From Armatimonadota bacterium (GTDB lineage Bacteria; Armatimonadota; UBA10988), in NCBI GenBank assembly GCA_016235455.1, contig JACRKZ010000172.1:1-44483 (forward strand): a stretch of 44,483 bases of DNA, read 5' to 3'. The notes beneath the pieces were generated by a model. It did no database searches and was not told the origin of the DNA. It saw nothing but the letters and a program-made list of their open reading frames with translations. The position numbers and the translations under genes are program-made. The first letter of the stretch is position 1, and the number at the start of each line of letters is the position of its first letter. Positions 1 through 9,861 of this stretch are shown piece by piece.

Positions 1-15
1 CCTCCCCAAACCACC

Positions 16-41
16 ACGGGCCGCGCTGGCGCGCGGCCCGT
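16..41 (-). terminator. GC-rich hairpin downstream of acs, possible terminator
   Basis: Perfect 11-bp inverted repeat ACGGGCCGCGC-tggc-GCGCGGCCCGT; only a weak U-tract follows on the minus strand. Confidence 0.45.
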
Positions 42-47
42 TGGCAA

Positions 48-73
48 GCCGGGCTGGAGCCCGGCGCTCCCAG
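48..73. repeat. REP-like palindromic element
   Basis: GCCGGGCTGGAGCCCGGCGCTCCCAG: internal palindrome plus GCGCTCCCAG tail, same architecture as the elements at 8345-8423. Confidence 0.55.
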
Positions 74-81
74 AGGGAGGA

Positions 82-2019
<1,938 letters not shown>

Positions 2020-2071
2020 GGTGACTACCCTTTCCTCATAGAACGAAGCCGGCCTAGTCTGGGCACAGGCT

Positions 2072-2527
2072 TCAGGTGTCGTTGTCCGGTACGTCCTGAT
2101 CAGTCTCGCCAGAGAGCGGCAAGTTCACCTTGCCCTCTTCGAGTACGTCATCTCGCACCAGGATGGGCGCGCCGACCCGAAGCGCGATGGCCAGGCCATC
2201 GGCTGGGCGGCAGTCCACCTGGATCTCCTCCTCCTCTCCGTCGCGTCGAACACACAGTTTGGCGTAATAGATGCTCTGCCACAAGTCGTCCACGAGCAAC
2301 CGAGTGACCACGCCGCCGAGCTTGCCGAGGCTTTGGCACAGCAGTTCGTGGGTCATCGGCCGCGGCATCTCGACCTCCTGGAGCTTGAGCTGGATGGCAT
2401 AGGCCTCGCAGCGTCCGATCCAGATCGGCAGTTGCCGTCCGCGGTCGTCTTCCAGCAGCGCGAACTCGTAGCCAAGCCGGTCCTCGGCCAATCCGCGCAG
2501 GGTCACCGGACAGAGTTCATCACCCAT
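2072..2527 (-). CDS. Bifunctional nuclease family protein (DUF151)
   Basis: LPIWIG..EA.AI, RPMTHEL and [13 protein letters not shown] motifs; ATG 2527 overlaps the upstream stop. Confidence 0.88.
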   Translation of the reverse strand: MGDELCPVTLRGLAEDRLGYEFALLEDDRGRQLPIWIGRCEAYAIQLKLQEVEMPRPMTHELLCQSLGKLGGVVTRLLVDDLWQSIYYAKLCVRRDGEEEEIQVDCRPADGLAIALRVGAPILVRDDVLEEGKVNLPLSGETDQDVPDNDT

Positions 2528-3107
2528 CGCCAGCCACCCCGTCCGCACCCGCCGATCGCTTCTCGGCGCTCAGGTGCTGGACAATACCTACCTCACTGCA
2601 ACGGATCCACCAGGCCCGGCCCGAGTCGTCCACGAGCTTGATGCGGCGCGGCCCGCACTCGGCCACGGTGCCGCTGAGGCCCTGGTTCAGGCAGACCACA
2701 TCGCCCGGTGCCAGCGCGTCGTCGACCAGCAGCGACCAGGTGGCCACGGCGTCGGCCAGCGGACCACGGGCGATCACCGCCAGGGTCACCGCCACCAGCG
2801 CGATGGCCACCGGGTCGAAGCGCCACAGGGCGAAGATGACCAGCAACGCCGCGGCATTCTGGGCGATGCGGGCGAAGGCCATGGTGTAGTCGCGCAGTTG
2901 CCGCCGCCGCCGGGCGCGGCCGGCCGGCTCACGGCCCGCGTCGCGGCTGTAGGTCGGGGCCAGCCGCTTCAGCAGCCACCCGCGCGCCAGCCAACCGCCC
3001 ACTTCGAACAGCAGAGCCACGGGGATGGCCAACACCAGCCCGCGCGCCGCCGACTGCAGATAGCCTATCAGCATCGAAGTCGACAGCACCGACGATAGGG
3101 AGCCCAT
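2520..3107 (-). CDS. MscS-like membrane protein (short, divergent)
   Basis: ATG 3107 with AGAGGTGG SD; three hydrophobic segments, then LLVDDALAPGDVV...GTVAECGPRRIKLVDDSG, resembling the MscS beta-domain. Confidence 0.6.
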   Translation of the reverse strand: MGSLSSVLSTSMLIGYLQSAARGLVLAIPVALLFEVGGWLARGWLLKRLAPTYSRDAGREPAGRARRRRQLRDYTMAFARIAQNAAALLVIFALWRFDPVAIALVAVTLAVIARGPLADAVATWSLLVDDALAPGDVVCLNQGLSGTVAECGPRRIKLVDDSGRAWWIRCSEVGIVQHLSAEKRSAGADGVAGDG

Positions 3108-3279
3108 GGACACCACCTCTTGACTGCTCTTTGTGCGGCCGCCGCGCCAATCCTCCTGCCCCGAGCCTTTGCCGGAAAGTGAACGCAGCTTGTCGTCTTT
3201 TTCGGCAGGGCGGGCATCTTGCCGCTGCGGAACCGCCGAACGACGGTCAGCGTCCCAACCGGTGCCGTCGGAGTAGTCC

Positions 3280-5049
3280 ATGCTGACGATTGTGGCCCAT
3301 CTCTGCCTGGCCGCGGCGCCGCTCTGGCTGCCGTTGAGCACGGCCAAGGGCGAGTTGCCCGCGCCCGGCCTCGGCAACCAGCAGACGGCTTCGGTGGTGG
3401 CTGACTTCAACGCCGATGGTCGCCTGGATTTCGTCGTGGCCGAGCGCACCAAGGCACCCAGCGTGCTGCTCTACCAGCAGACGGCCACTGGCTGGGTGCG
3501 CGCTGTCGTGGAGGCCGGGCATCTGACTCCCGAGGCTGGCGGCGCGGCCCTGGACGCGGACGGCGACGGGGACCAGGACCTCGTGCTGGGTGGCGACGCG
3601 CAGAGCGACACGCTCTGGTGGTGGGAGAATCCCGGCGCCGGGCTGGAGCTGGCGCGGCCCTGGACCCGCCGCGCGATCAAGAGCGGCCGCGGCCGGCAGC
3701 ACCATGACCAGGTGGCCGTCGATCTGGATGGCGACGGCCGTGACGAGCTCGTCAGCTGGTGCCAGGGCAGCCGACAGCTCCTCCTGTTCAAGCCGCCCGC
3801 CGATGCGCACGGGCCTGAGCCGTGGCACCAGCGTGAGCTCTTTGCCTACGCGCCGGGCGCGTCCCTCGAGGGGCTGGCCGTGGCTGACGTCGACCTGGAC
3901 GGAACGCCGGATCTGATTGGCGGCGGGCGCTGGTTCAAGGTGGCGCGCGACGGCACGGCGAAGGCGACCGTGATCGATGCGGCCCAGTTCAGCTGCCGCG
4001 CCGCGGCCGGCCAGATCGTCACCGAAGGTTCGCCAGAGGTGGTCTTCAGCCCGGGCGATACAGATGGCGCGCTCTGCTGGTACGAGACGCCCGACCTGGG
4101 CGTCACCTGGCAGCGTCACCTGGTTCTGGAACCGTGGCGCCACGGCCACGGTTTGGCGCTGGCCGACTTCGACGGCGATGACCTGCTCGATCTGTTCGCC
4201 TCGGAGATGCACACCCCTGGGCCTGCCGATCAGTGTCGCATGGTGCTCTGCACCGGCACCGGCCGCGGGCTGTCCGGCGCCGAGGTCGTTCGCCGCGGGC
4301 AGTGCGGCCACGAGGCCAAGCTGGCTGACTTCACCGGTGACGGGTTATCTGACATCCTGGTCAAGCCCTACACGGCAGGCGCCCCGCGCGCCGATCTGCT
4401 ACGGCAGCCGGCGCGCCGCGTCGTGTCAGCGCCCGACACGGTCGATGCGCGGCCCGGCCGAGCGGTTCGCGGCCTGGCCTGCCTGTGGGACTTCACCTGC
4501 TCCGAGCCCGACTACGTGCGTGACCGCTGCGGCCTGGCGCCCGAGATACGCGTGCCCGACACCGCGCCGATCCAGTCCATGCTGGGCTTGCTGCGCGTCG
4601 AGGCGAAGGTGCTGGTCTCTGGCAAGCCGCCCAAGGCGCTCGTGCAGACCTTGCGGGGCAGCAATGCGTTGTCCGTGGAGTTCTGGGCGCGGCCGGCCGA
4701 CTTCGACCAGCGGCTTCCGGCACGCCTGCGCAGTATTGCGGCCGATGATGGTCACCGCAACCTGACCCTGAGCCAGGACAAGGACGCCCTCATCGTGCGG
4801 TTGCGGACCACCCAGACCGGCGATGCCGCCTTGGCGCCCGAGGTGCGGGTGCCCGACGTGTTCAGTGACAGGCTGGTGCATGTCGTCTTCGCCTGGGGCA
4901 GGGACACCGGGGCTGAAGTGTACGTGGATGGCACGCCGCGCGCGGCCGTACCCATTGGCGGCGACCTGAGCAACTGGGATCCGGCCATGCCGCTGGCCGT
5001 GGCCAACGACATCACCGGTGACCACAGCTGGCGCGGCGATCTGCACTAG
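3280..5049 (+). CDS. Secreted FG-GAP/VCBS-repeat protein with C-terminal LamG-like domain; domain continues past TAG 5047-5049 to TAG 5119-5121
   Basis: Signal peptide; repeated DxDxDGxxD motifs (DFNADGRLD, DADGDGDQD, DLDGDGRDE, DFDGDDLLD); LamG-like SVEFWARP...HVVFAW...VYVDG...WRGDLH. Confidence 0.82.
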   Translation: MLTIVAHLCLAAAPLWLPLSTAKGELPAPGLGNQQTASVVADFNADGRLDFVVAERTKAPSVLLYQQTATGWVRAVVEAGHLTPEAGGAALDADGDGDQDLVLGGDAQSDTLWWWENPGAGLELARPWTRRAIKSGRGRQHHDQVAVDLDGDGRDELVSWCQGSRQLLLFKPPADAHGPEPWHQRELFAYAPGASLEGLAVADVDLDGTPDLIGGGRWFKVARDGTAKATVIDAAQFSCRAAAGQIVTEGSPEVVFSPGDTDGALCWYETPDLGVTWQRHLVLEPWRHGHGLALADFDGDDLLDLFASEMHTPGPADQCRMVLCTGTGRGLSGAEVVRRGQCGHEAKLADFTGDGLSDILVKPYTAGAPRADLLRQPARRVVSAPDTVDARPGRAVRGLACLWDFTCSEPDYVRDRCGLAPEIRVPDTAPIQSMLGLLRVEAKVLVSGKPPKALVQTLRGSNALSVEFWARPADFDQRLPARLRSIAADDGHRNLTLSQDKDALIVRLRTTQTGDAALAPEVRVPDVFSDRLVHVVFAWGRDTGAEVYVDGTPRAAVPIGGDLSNWDPAMPLAVANDITGDHSWRGDLH

Positions 5050-5140
5050 GTGGCCATCTACTCGGCGACGCTCACGGCGCGCGAAGTGGGCGCGAACTAT
5101 CGGGCAGGTGCGGCGCGGTAGCGAGCGCTCGCGGGCGCTG

Positions 5141-5149
5141 TGGTATCCT
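5141..5149 (+). promoter_or_regulatory. Extended -10 element (TGgTATCCT), likely leaderless start of the 5156 gene
   Basis: TG-N-TATCCT 6 nt before ATG 5156; no SD present. Confidence 0.5.
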
Positions 5150-5155
5150 GGTGCC

Positions 5156-6061
5156 ATGCGCAGTCTGCTGCTGGTATTTCTCTGCTTTTCGGCCGCCATG
5201 GCCCAAGATGTGTTCATGGGCGGCCGCGTGGACCTGGAAGCGACGGTAGGTGCCGACACGCGTTTCGACTTCGGGCGCCAGGCCGGCGTGGACCTGACTT
5301 TCAGCAAGCCCAAGGTGCTCGACGCCTATGCCGACATCAGCGTCGCGGGCGGCAGCGTGCGGCTGCAGGAACTGTACCTGAAGCTGCCGCCGACCGCGCG
5401 CGTGGTCGATGTCACGCTCGGCCGGTTCCTGCTGCCCCACGGCGACCCGAACACGCGGGCCGAGGAGCGCTATGCCGCTGGCGCGCGCGACCTGTTCGCC
5501 AGCTACCACGACTGGCGCGCGGGCAACTGCCTGCTGGACACCGATGTGACCGGCGTGATGCTGTCACGCGAGGTGACGCTGCGGCGCGAGTTCACGCTCG
5601 GCGCCACGTTGTATGGCGCTCAGGTGCCGGGCGACCACTTCGCTTTCGGTGGGCGGCTGACGGGCGGCTGGCGCGGTCTGCGGTTCGGCGGTTCGGCTTA
5701 CGATGGCTATGACCGGCCGGGCGCGCACGCCTGGCAGGCGGTCGGCTTCGCCGCGTGGGAAGGCTTCGGCGTGGAAGTCGCGGGCCAGGCGTACTTCGGT
5801 AAGGCCAGCGGCGGCGAGCACCATGGGCAGCTCCTGCGCGCTGCCTACCGGCTGCCGATGCGCGCGCGGCTGCCGCTGGATCTGTTTGTGGCGCGCACGA
5901 CCTACGATGACGATCTGCAGCGCGGGGTGGCCACCACGCGGTTTGGCGTGGGCTACCGGTTCGGGCAGTACTACCGTGCCGAACTGCGCTACGAGATCAA
6001 CGAGGCGCCCGGCACGGTCGGTGACGACGTCGGCGTGGCGCGCTTGACGGCGGTGTTCTGA
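5156..6061 (+). CDS. Putative outer-membrane beta-barrel (porin-like) protein
   Basis: 301 aa; signal peptide MRSLLLVFLCFSAAMA; alternating beta-strand pattern, LQELYL...TLGRFLLPHG, C-terminal Phe. Confidence 0.62.
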   Translation: MRSLLLVFLCFSAAMAQDVFMGGRVDLEATVGADTRFDFGRQAGVDLTFSKPKVLDAYADISVAGGSVRLQELYLKLPPTARVVDVTLGRFLLPHGDPNTRAEERYAAGARDLFASYHDWRAGNCLLDTDVTGVMLSREVTLRREFTLGATLYGAQVPGDHFAFGGRLTGGWRGLRFGGSAYDGYDRPGAHAWQAVGFAAWEGFGVEVAGQAYFGKASGGEHHGQLLRAAYRLPMRARLPLDLFVARTTYDDDLQRGVATTRFGVGYRFGQYYRAELRYEINEAPGTVGDDVGVARLTAVF

Positions 6062-6081
6062 ACCGCCGAGAGGACACAACG

Positions 6082-7266
6082 ATGCAACTCGAAGGCGCCG
6101 TTCAGCGCGCCGCCTTGCCCTGTCCGGCCTGCGGCCAGACTGTGCGTGGCGAGATCACCATTCTGCTCGACGCGCAGGCCGATCCCGGCTGCACCAAGGC
6201 CCTGCTCGACAGCCGTGTGAACCGCTTGCGCTGCGGCTCCTGCCACAACGAGTTCCTCGCGGTGGCGCCGGTGCTCTACCACGATGCCGCGCGCCAGCTG
6301 GCGGTGGCCCTGGTGCCGCCGGGCCTGGGCGACCGCGACACGCTGGTGGGCGCGCTGGTGGCGCGGCTGCTGGAGGCGCTGGGGCCGAACGCGGTGGAGG
6401 ACTACCTGCTCGAGCCGCGGGTGGTGGACTCGCACGGCTCGCTGCGGCTGGCGCTGACCAGCGCCGGCGCACCGCCGGTGGCCGCGGCGGCGGAGACCGA
6501 CCACGACGTGATGACCGCCTTCGCCGCGCATCACGGCGCCGAGGCGGTGCTGGAACTGCTCGATCTGCTGGGCGACGTGACCGACGAGGATGCCTTCCTG
6601 ACCACGGTCAACGACAATCCGCAGCTTCTGGCGCCGGGCCGGCTGCGCGCGGTGCGCGATCTGGCCGGCGAGGCCGACGCTGCCGGGTTGGACGATGTGG
6701 CCGAGATGCTGGGTGATCTGGCCTCGCTGCTCAAACTGCATACGCCCGAGGACGAGGCCGAGGACGACCTGGAGCAGGAGGAAGACGAGCTGCCTCCGGA
6801 GGTGCGCGACATGCTGGTCGCGGGCAACCTGGAGGCGGCCGAGGACTTCCTGGACAAGCCCGACCCGCGCCGCCTGGACGATGCGCGGCGCGCGGTGCAG
6901 ACCGTGGAGCTGGAGAACTCGGACCGGCGCGAGGGCTTCATGGAGCACGCGCGGCTGTTCGGCACCATGGTCGACGACATGATGGAGATGGCCACGCAGG
7001 ACGACCTGCCGGACATGGACATCCCGCTGTACTGCCCGACGCCGCTGGGCGTGGCCGAACTCAACTGGGCCACGTTCGTGGCCTCGGTCAACGCTGACCG
7101 CGCTGACGAGGTCCTGGCCGAGCACCCGGATCTGGTGGTGCCCGCGGCCATGGACTCGCTGACCACGGCGGTCACCGGCGCCTACAATCTTGGTGACGAA
7201 GCGGCCGCGGCCCACTTCGAGATGTTGCGCAACGCTCTGCTCATCGCGGGCGTCGACGAGGAGTAG
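6082..7266 (+). CDS. CpXC-domain protein with acidic helical C-terminal region
   Basis: N-terminal CPACG...CGSC followed by PVLYHD; GAGG SD. Confidence 0.72.
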   Translation: MQLEGAVQRAALPCPACGQTVRGEITILLDAQADPGCTKALLDSRVNRLRCGSCHNEFLAVAPVLYHDAARQLAVALVPPGLGDRDTLVGALVARLLEALGPNAVEDYLLEPRVVDSHGSLRLALTSAGAPPVAAAAETDHDVMTAFAAHHGAEAVLELLDLLGDVTDEDAFLTTVNDNPQLLAPGRLRAVRDLAGEADAAGLDDVAEMLGDLASLLKLHTPEDEAEDDLEQEEDELPPEVRDMLVAGNLEAAEDFLDKPDPRRLDDARRAVQTVELENSDRREGFMEHARLFGTMVDDMMEMATQDDLPDMDIPLYCPTPLGVAELNWATFVASVNADRADEVLAEHPDLVVPAAMDSLTTAVTGAYNLGDEAAAAHFEMLRNALLIAGVDEE

Positions 7267-7269
7267 ACG

Positions 7270-8343
7270 ATGGACGACATTCCTGCGTGGGGCGATGGCC
7301 CCTTCCAGCCGGAGCCGTGGGGTGGCGACCCGGTCGCTCCCGAGCCGGAACTCGAGGCCGAGGACGAACTCGAACTCGATCCCGAGCTTGAGGCCGAACT
7401 GGGCGAGCCGGCCGAGGCCGTGCTTCCCGAGATGCTCATGCCCGAGGCGCCCGAGGGCTACCGCGCGGGCTACGTGGCGGTCATCGGCCGGCCCAATGTG
7501 GGCAAGTCGAGCCTGGTCAACGCCTTGCTGGGCGAGCGCCTGGCACCCACATCGCCCGTGCCGCAGACCACACGGCGCCGGTTGCTGGGCATCCTGACGC
7601 TGCCCATGTCGCAGATTGTCTTCGTCGACACGCCCGGTCTGCACGAGGCCAAGCTGGCGCTGAGCAAGATGATGGTGCACGACGCCGAGGCCAGCCTGGT
7701 CGACGCCGATGTGGTGTTGCTGGTCGTCGACAGCACTCGCGAGCCCGGGGCCGAGGACCGCATCGCCTACGATCGGGCGCAGATGGCCGCGGCGCCCAAG
7801 CTGCTGGTGGTCAACAAGACCGACCTGGTGGGCAAGGACGGCGGGCCGGCCGACCAACGCGCCGCGCATATCGCCGAGTTCGCGCTGGATACCACCTACG
7901 AGACCTCGGCGGTGACCCGCGACGGGCTCGACGCGCTGCTGGCGGCGGTCATCGAACTGCTGCCCGAGTCGCCGCCCTACTTCCCGGCCGACCAGGTCAG
8001 CGATGCCATGGAGCGCGAGATAGCCGCCGATCTGATCCGCGAGGCGGCGCTGCGCAAGCTCTCCGAAGAGCTGCCGCACGCCGTGGCGGTCAAGGTCAAC
8101 GAGTGGAAAGAGCGCGAGAACGGCATGGTCTATGTCCACGCGCACCTGTTCGTCGAGCGCGAGTCGCAGAAGGGCATCGTCATTGGTCGAGGCGGCAAGA
8201 TGCTGCGCGCCATCGGCTCGATCGCCCGCATGAGCCTGGAGAAATGGCTCGACCAGCGCATCTACCTCGAGCTGGAGGTGAAGGTGCTCAAGGGCTGGCG
8301 CAAGGACCCGCGGATGCTGCGGTACCTGGGCTTCCAAGGCTGA
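7270..8343 (+). CDS. era: GTPase Era (with acidic N-terminal extension; alternative start near 7432/7438)
   Basis: GRPNVGKS, PQTTR, DTPG, NKTD, SA motifs and KH domain with IVIGRGGKML. Confidence 0.96.
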   Translation: MDDIPAWGDGPFQPEPWGGDPVAPEPELEAEDELELDPELEAELGEPAEAVLPEMLMPEAPEGYRAGYVAVIGRPNVGKSSLVNALLGERLAPTSPVPQTTRRRLLGILTLPMSQIVFVDTPGLHEAKLALSKMMVHDAEASLVDADVVLLVVDSTREPGAEDRIAYDRAQMAAAPKLLVVNKTDLVGKDGGPADQRAAHIAEFALDTTYETSAVTRDGLDALLAAVIELLPESPPYFPADQVSDAMEREIAADLIREAALRKLSEELPHAVAVKVNEWKERENGMVYVHAHLFVERESQKGIVIGRGGKMLRAIGSIARMSLEKWLDQRIYLELEVKVLKGWRKDPRMLRYLGFQG

Positions 8344-8344
8344 G

Positions 8345-8423
8345 CCTGGGAGCGCGGACCGCCAGGTCGGCACCTGACCGAGGCGCCACGCGAACGGCGG
8401 ACCTGGAGGTCCGCGCTCTCAGG
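8345..8423. repeat. Inverted pair of REP-like elements
   Basis: CCTGGGAGCGCGGACCGCCAGGTCGGC (8345-8371) and its imperfect reverse complement GCGGACCTGGAGGTCCGCGCTCTCAGG (8397-8423). Confidence 0.65.
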
Positions 8424-8426
8424 GGC

Positions 8427-8456
8427 TTGACGCGTCTCGGCCCGGCGCGTTATGCT
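8427..8456 (+). promoter_or_regulatory. Sigma70-type promoter for the riboswitch operon
   Basis: TTGACG-N18-TATGCT directly upstream of the riboswitch. Confidence 0.65.
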
Positions 8457-8469
8457 GCGCGAACAGTCG

Positions 8470-8660
8470 AATACCCACGTGGGTGGCGATCTCGGAAGTC
8501 GGTGCAAGGCCGACACAGCCCCTGCTACGGTAACCGGTGACGAACGTCGCAACGCCCCTCTTGATGAGGGCGGTCATTGATCGAAACCAGGCGCGCCTGG
8601 TGACGGTTGAGAAGACAGCGGCGGGAGGAAGACCCGGGAGTCCGGAGACCTCGCCACGCA
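8470..8660 (+). promoter_or_regulatory. Cobalamin (B12) riboswitch; boundaries approximate
   Basis: GGAAGTCGGTGCAAGGCCGACACAGCCCCTGCTACGGTAA core and B12-box-like GAGTCCGGAGACCTCGCCA; lies upstream of tonB and btuB-like genes. Confidence 0.88.
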
Positions 8661-8692
8661 CTTTGCCTGCCGGCTCAGAGGGAGACCGGACC

Positions 8693-9853
8693 ATGCGTGA
8701 GCTTGATCAGCCGATTCTTCGGCGCTATCCCCGCGAGGCGGAGCCGTCGCGATTCACCTTGGCCCTGGCCTTGGCCCTGGCGCTCAATGTGCTTTGGTTC
8801 AGCCTGTTGGCCACGCCCGGACGCAACGTTACCGTGACCGTGCGGCATGCCATGCGCCTGAGCGCACTGCGCCCGATCTCCCAGATGGCCTCCTACGCCC
8901 AACCGGCCGTGGCCGCGCTGCCGACTCCGGCCGCGGCTGGCGCGGCGGCGTCAGGTGGCGGTCGGCGGTGGTTCGGCGCCAGCGCCTCGTCGTCGCGCCG
9001 CTGGGCCTGGTGGCCCTCGCGTGGCAGCGGCCGCGGCGTGGCGGCCGCGGCGGGCCGGCCTGGCGCGGGCCAGCCCACGACGGGCCAGCCGGGCGCGCCG
9101 GGACCGGCCAGCACGTGGTCTGGCCCGCTGGCCACCGGCGGCGTTGGTGTCCCCATGGGCGCCGGGCCGCGCGTGGGCGGCGGCGACGACCGTGGCGGCA
9201 GCGGCCCGGGTGGCTACGGCTCCGAGCCGGCATCGGTTGGCGTGGGCGGTGGCCGCGCGGATGTGCCGGGCGGCTCACCGCTGGCCTTTGCCACGAGCCG
9301 AGCGGCGGGCGACGGAGTGCTGGGCTTGACTGCCTCCGGTGGCCCCGAGCCGACGCCGACGACATCGCGTGGTGGCGGTCGACCCGGCCCCGGCGGCGCC
9401 GTCGACATCGATATCGAGCCGCAGCCCAAGCCCGTGCCGGCTGCCGCGCCGGCGCCGTTGCCGGCGGCCATGACCCCGCGGCCCGAGCCCGCGGCGCAGC
9501 CGCAACCGCGGCCCGAGCCTCGTCCCGAGGTCCGGCCCGAACCCACGCCGGAGCCGAAGCCCGAACCCAAGCCGGAGCCCCGGGCCGAGCCCAAGCCTAA
9601 GCCGGATCTGCCCGCCACGCCCCGGCTGCTTGGCCGCGCCACGCCGTCCTTCCCCGCGGTGACCAAGGGCGGCTCGGTGACCATCGCCATCCACGTCGGC
9701 GCCTCGGGCGAGGTGTCCGAGGTCGAGGTGACGTCGTCCTCGGGCATCAGCGGCGTGGACTCTGCCGCGCGGTCGGCCGGCCGCCGCTTCCGCTTCTCGC
9801 GTGCCGAGAACGGGAAGACCTTCTACCAGACGTTCCGCTATTCCCCCAAGTGA
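8693..9853 (+). CDS. tonB: TonB-family energy transducer
   Basis: ATG 8693 after GAGGGAG; one N-terminal TM helix, long Gly/Pro linker with PEPK repeats, C-terminal TonB_C-like domain (GSVTIAIHVGASGEV...SSG...DSAA...FRF). Confidence 0.75.
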   Translation: MRELDQPILRRYPREAEPSRFTLALALALALNVLWFSLLATPGRNVTVTVRHAMRLSALRPISQMASYAQPAVAALPTPAAAGAAASGGGRRWFGASASSSRRWAWWPSRGSGRGVAAAAGRPGAGQPTTGQPGAPGPASTWSGPLATGGVGVPMGAGPRVGGGDDRGGSGPGGYGSEPASVGVGGGRADVPGGSPLAFATSRAAGDGVLGLTASGGPEPTPTTSRGGGRPGPGGAVDIDIEPQPKPVPAAAPAPLPAAMTPRPEPAAQPQPRPEPRPEVRPEPTPEPKPEPKPEPRAEPKPKPDLPATPRLLGRATPSFPAVTKGGSVTIAIHVGASGEVSEVEVTSSSGISGVDSAARSAGRRFRFSRAENGKTFYQTFRYSPK

Positions 9854-9861
9854 GGTACACT

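Noticed and set aside
5047-5049. Genome-wide reassignment of TAG to a sense codon
   Set aside because: acs, recR, ybaB and nuoH/J/L/M/N end at TAG at their expected C-termini; no CUA-anticodon tRNA in the window
5018-5155. N-terminal extension of the beta-barrel ORF
   Set aside because: Signal peptide and -10 spacing favour ATG 5156; the extension overlaps the LamG tail
8537-8692. N-terminal extension of the TonB ORF
   Set aside because: Lies within the riboswitch; ATG 8693 has an SD
9480-9605. Short tandem CCCGAGCC-like repeats as a CRISPR array or VNTR
   Set aside because: They encode the PEPK linker of TonB; no repeat-spacer structure or cas genes
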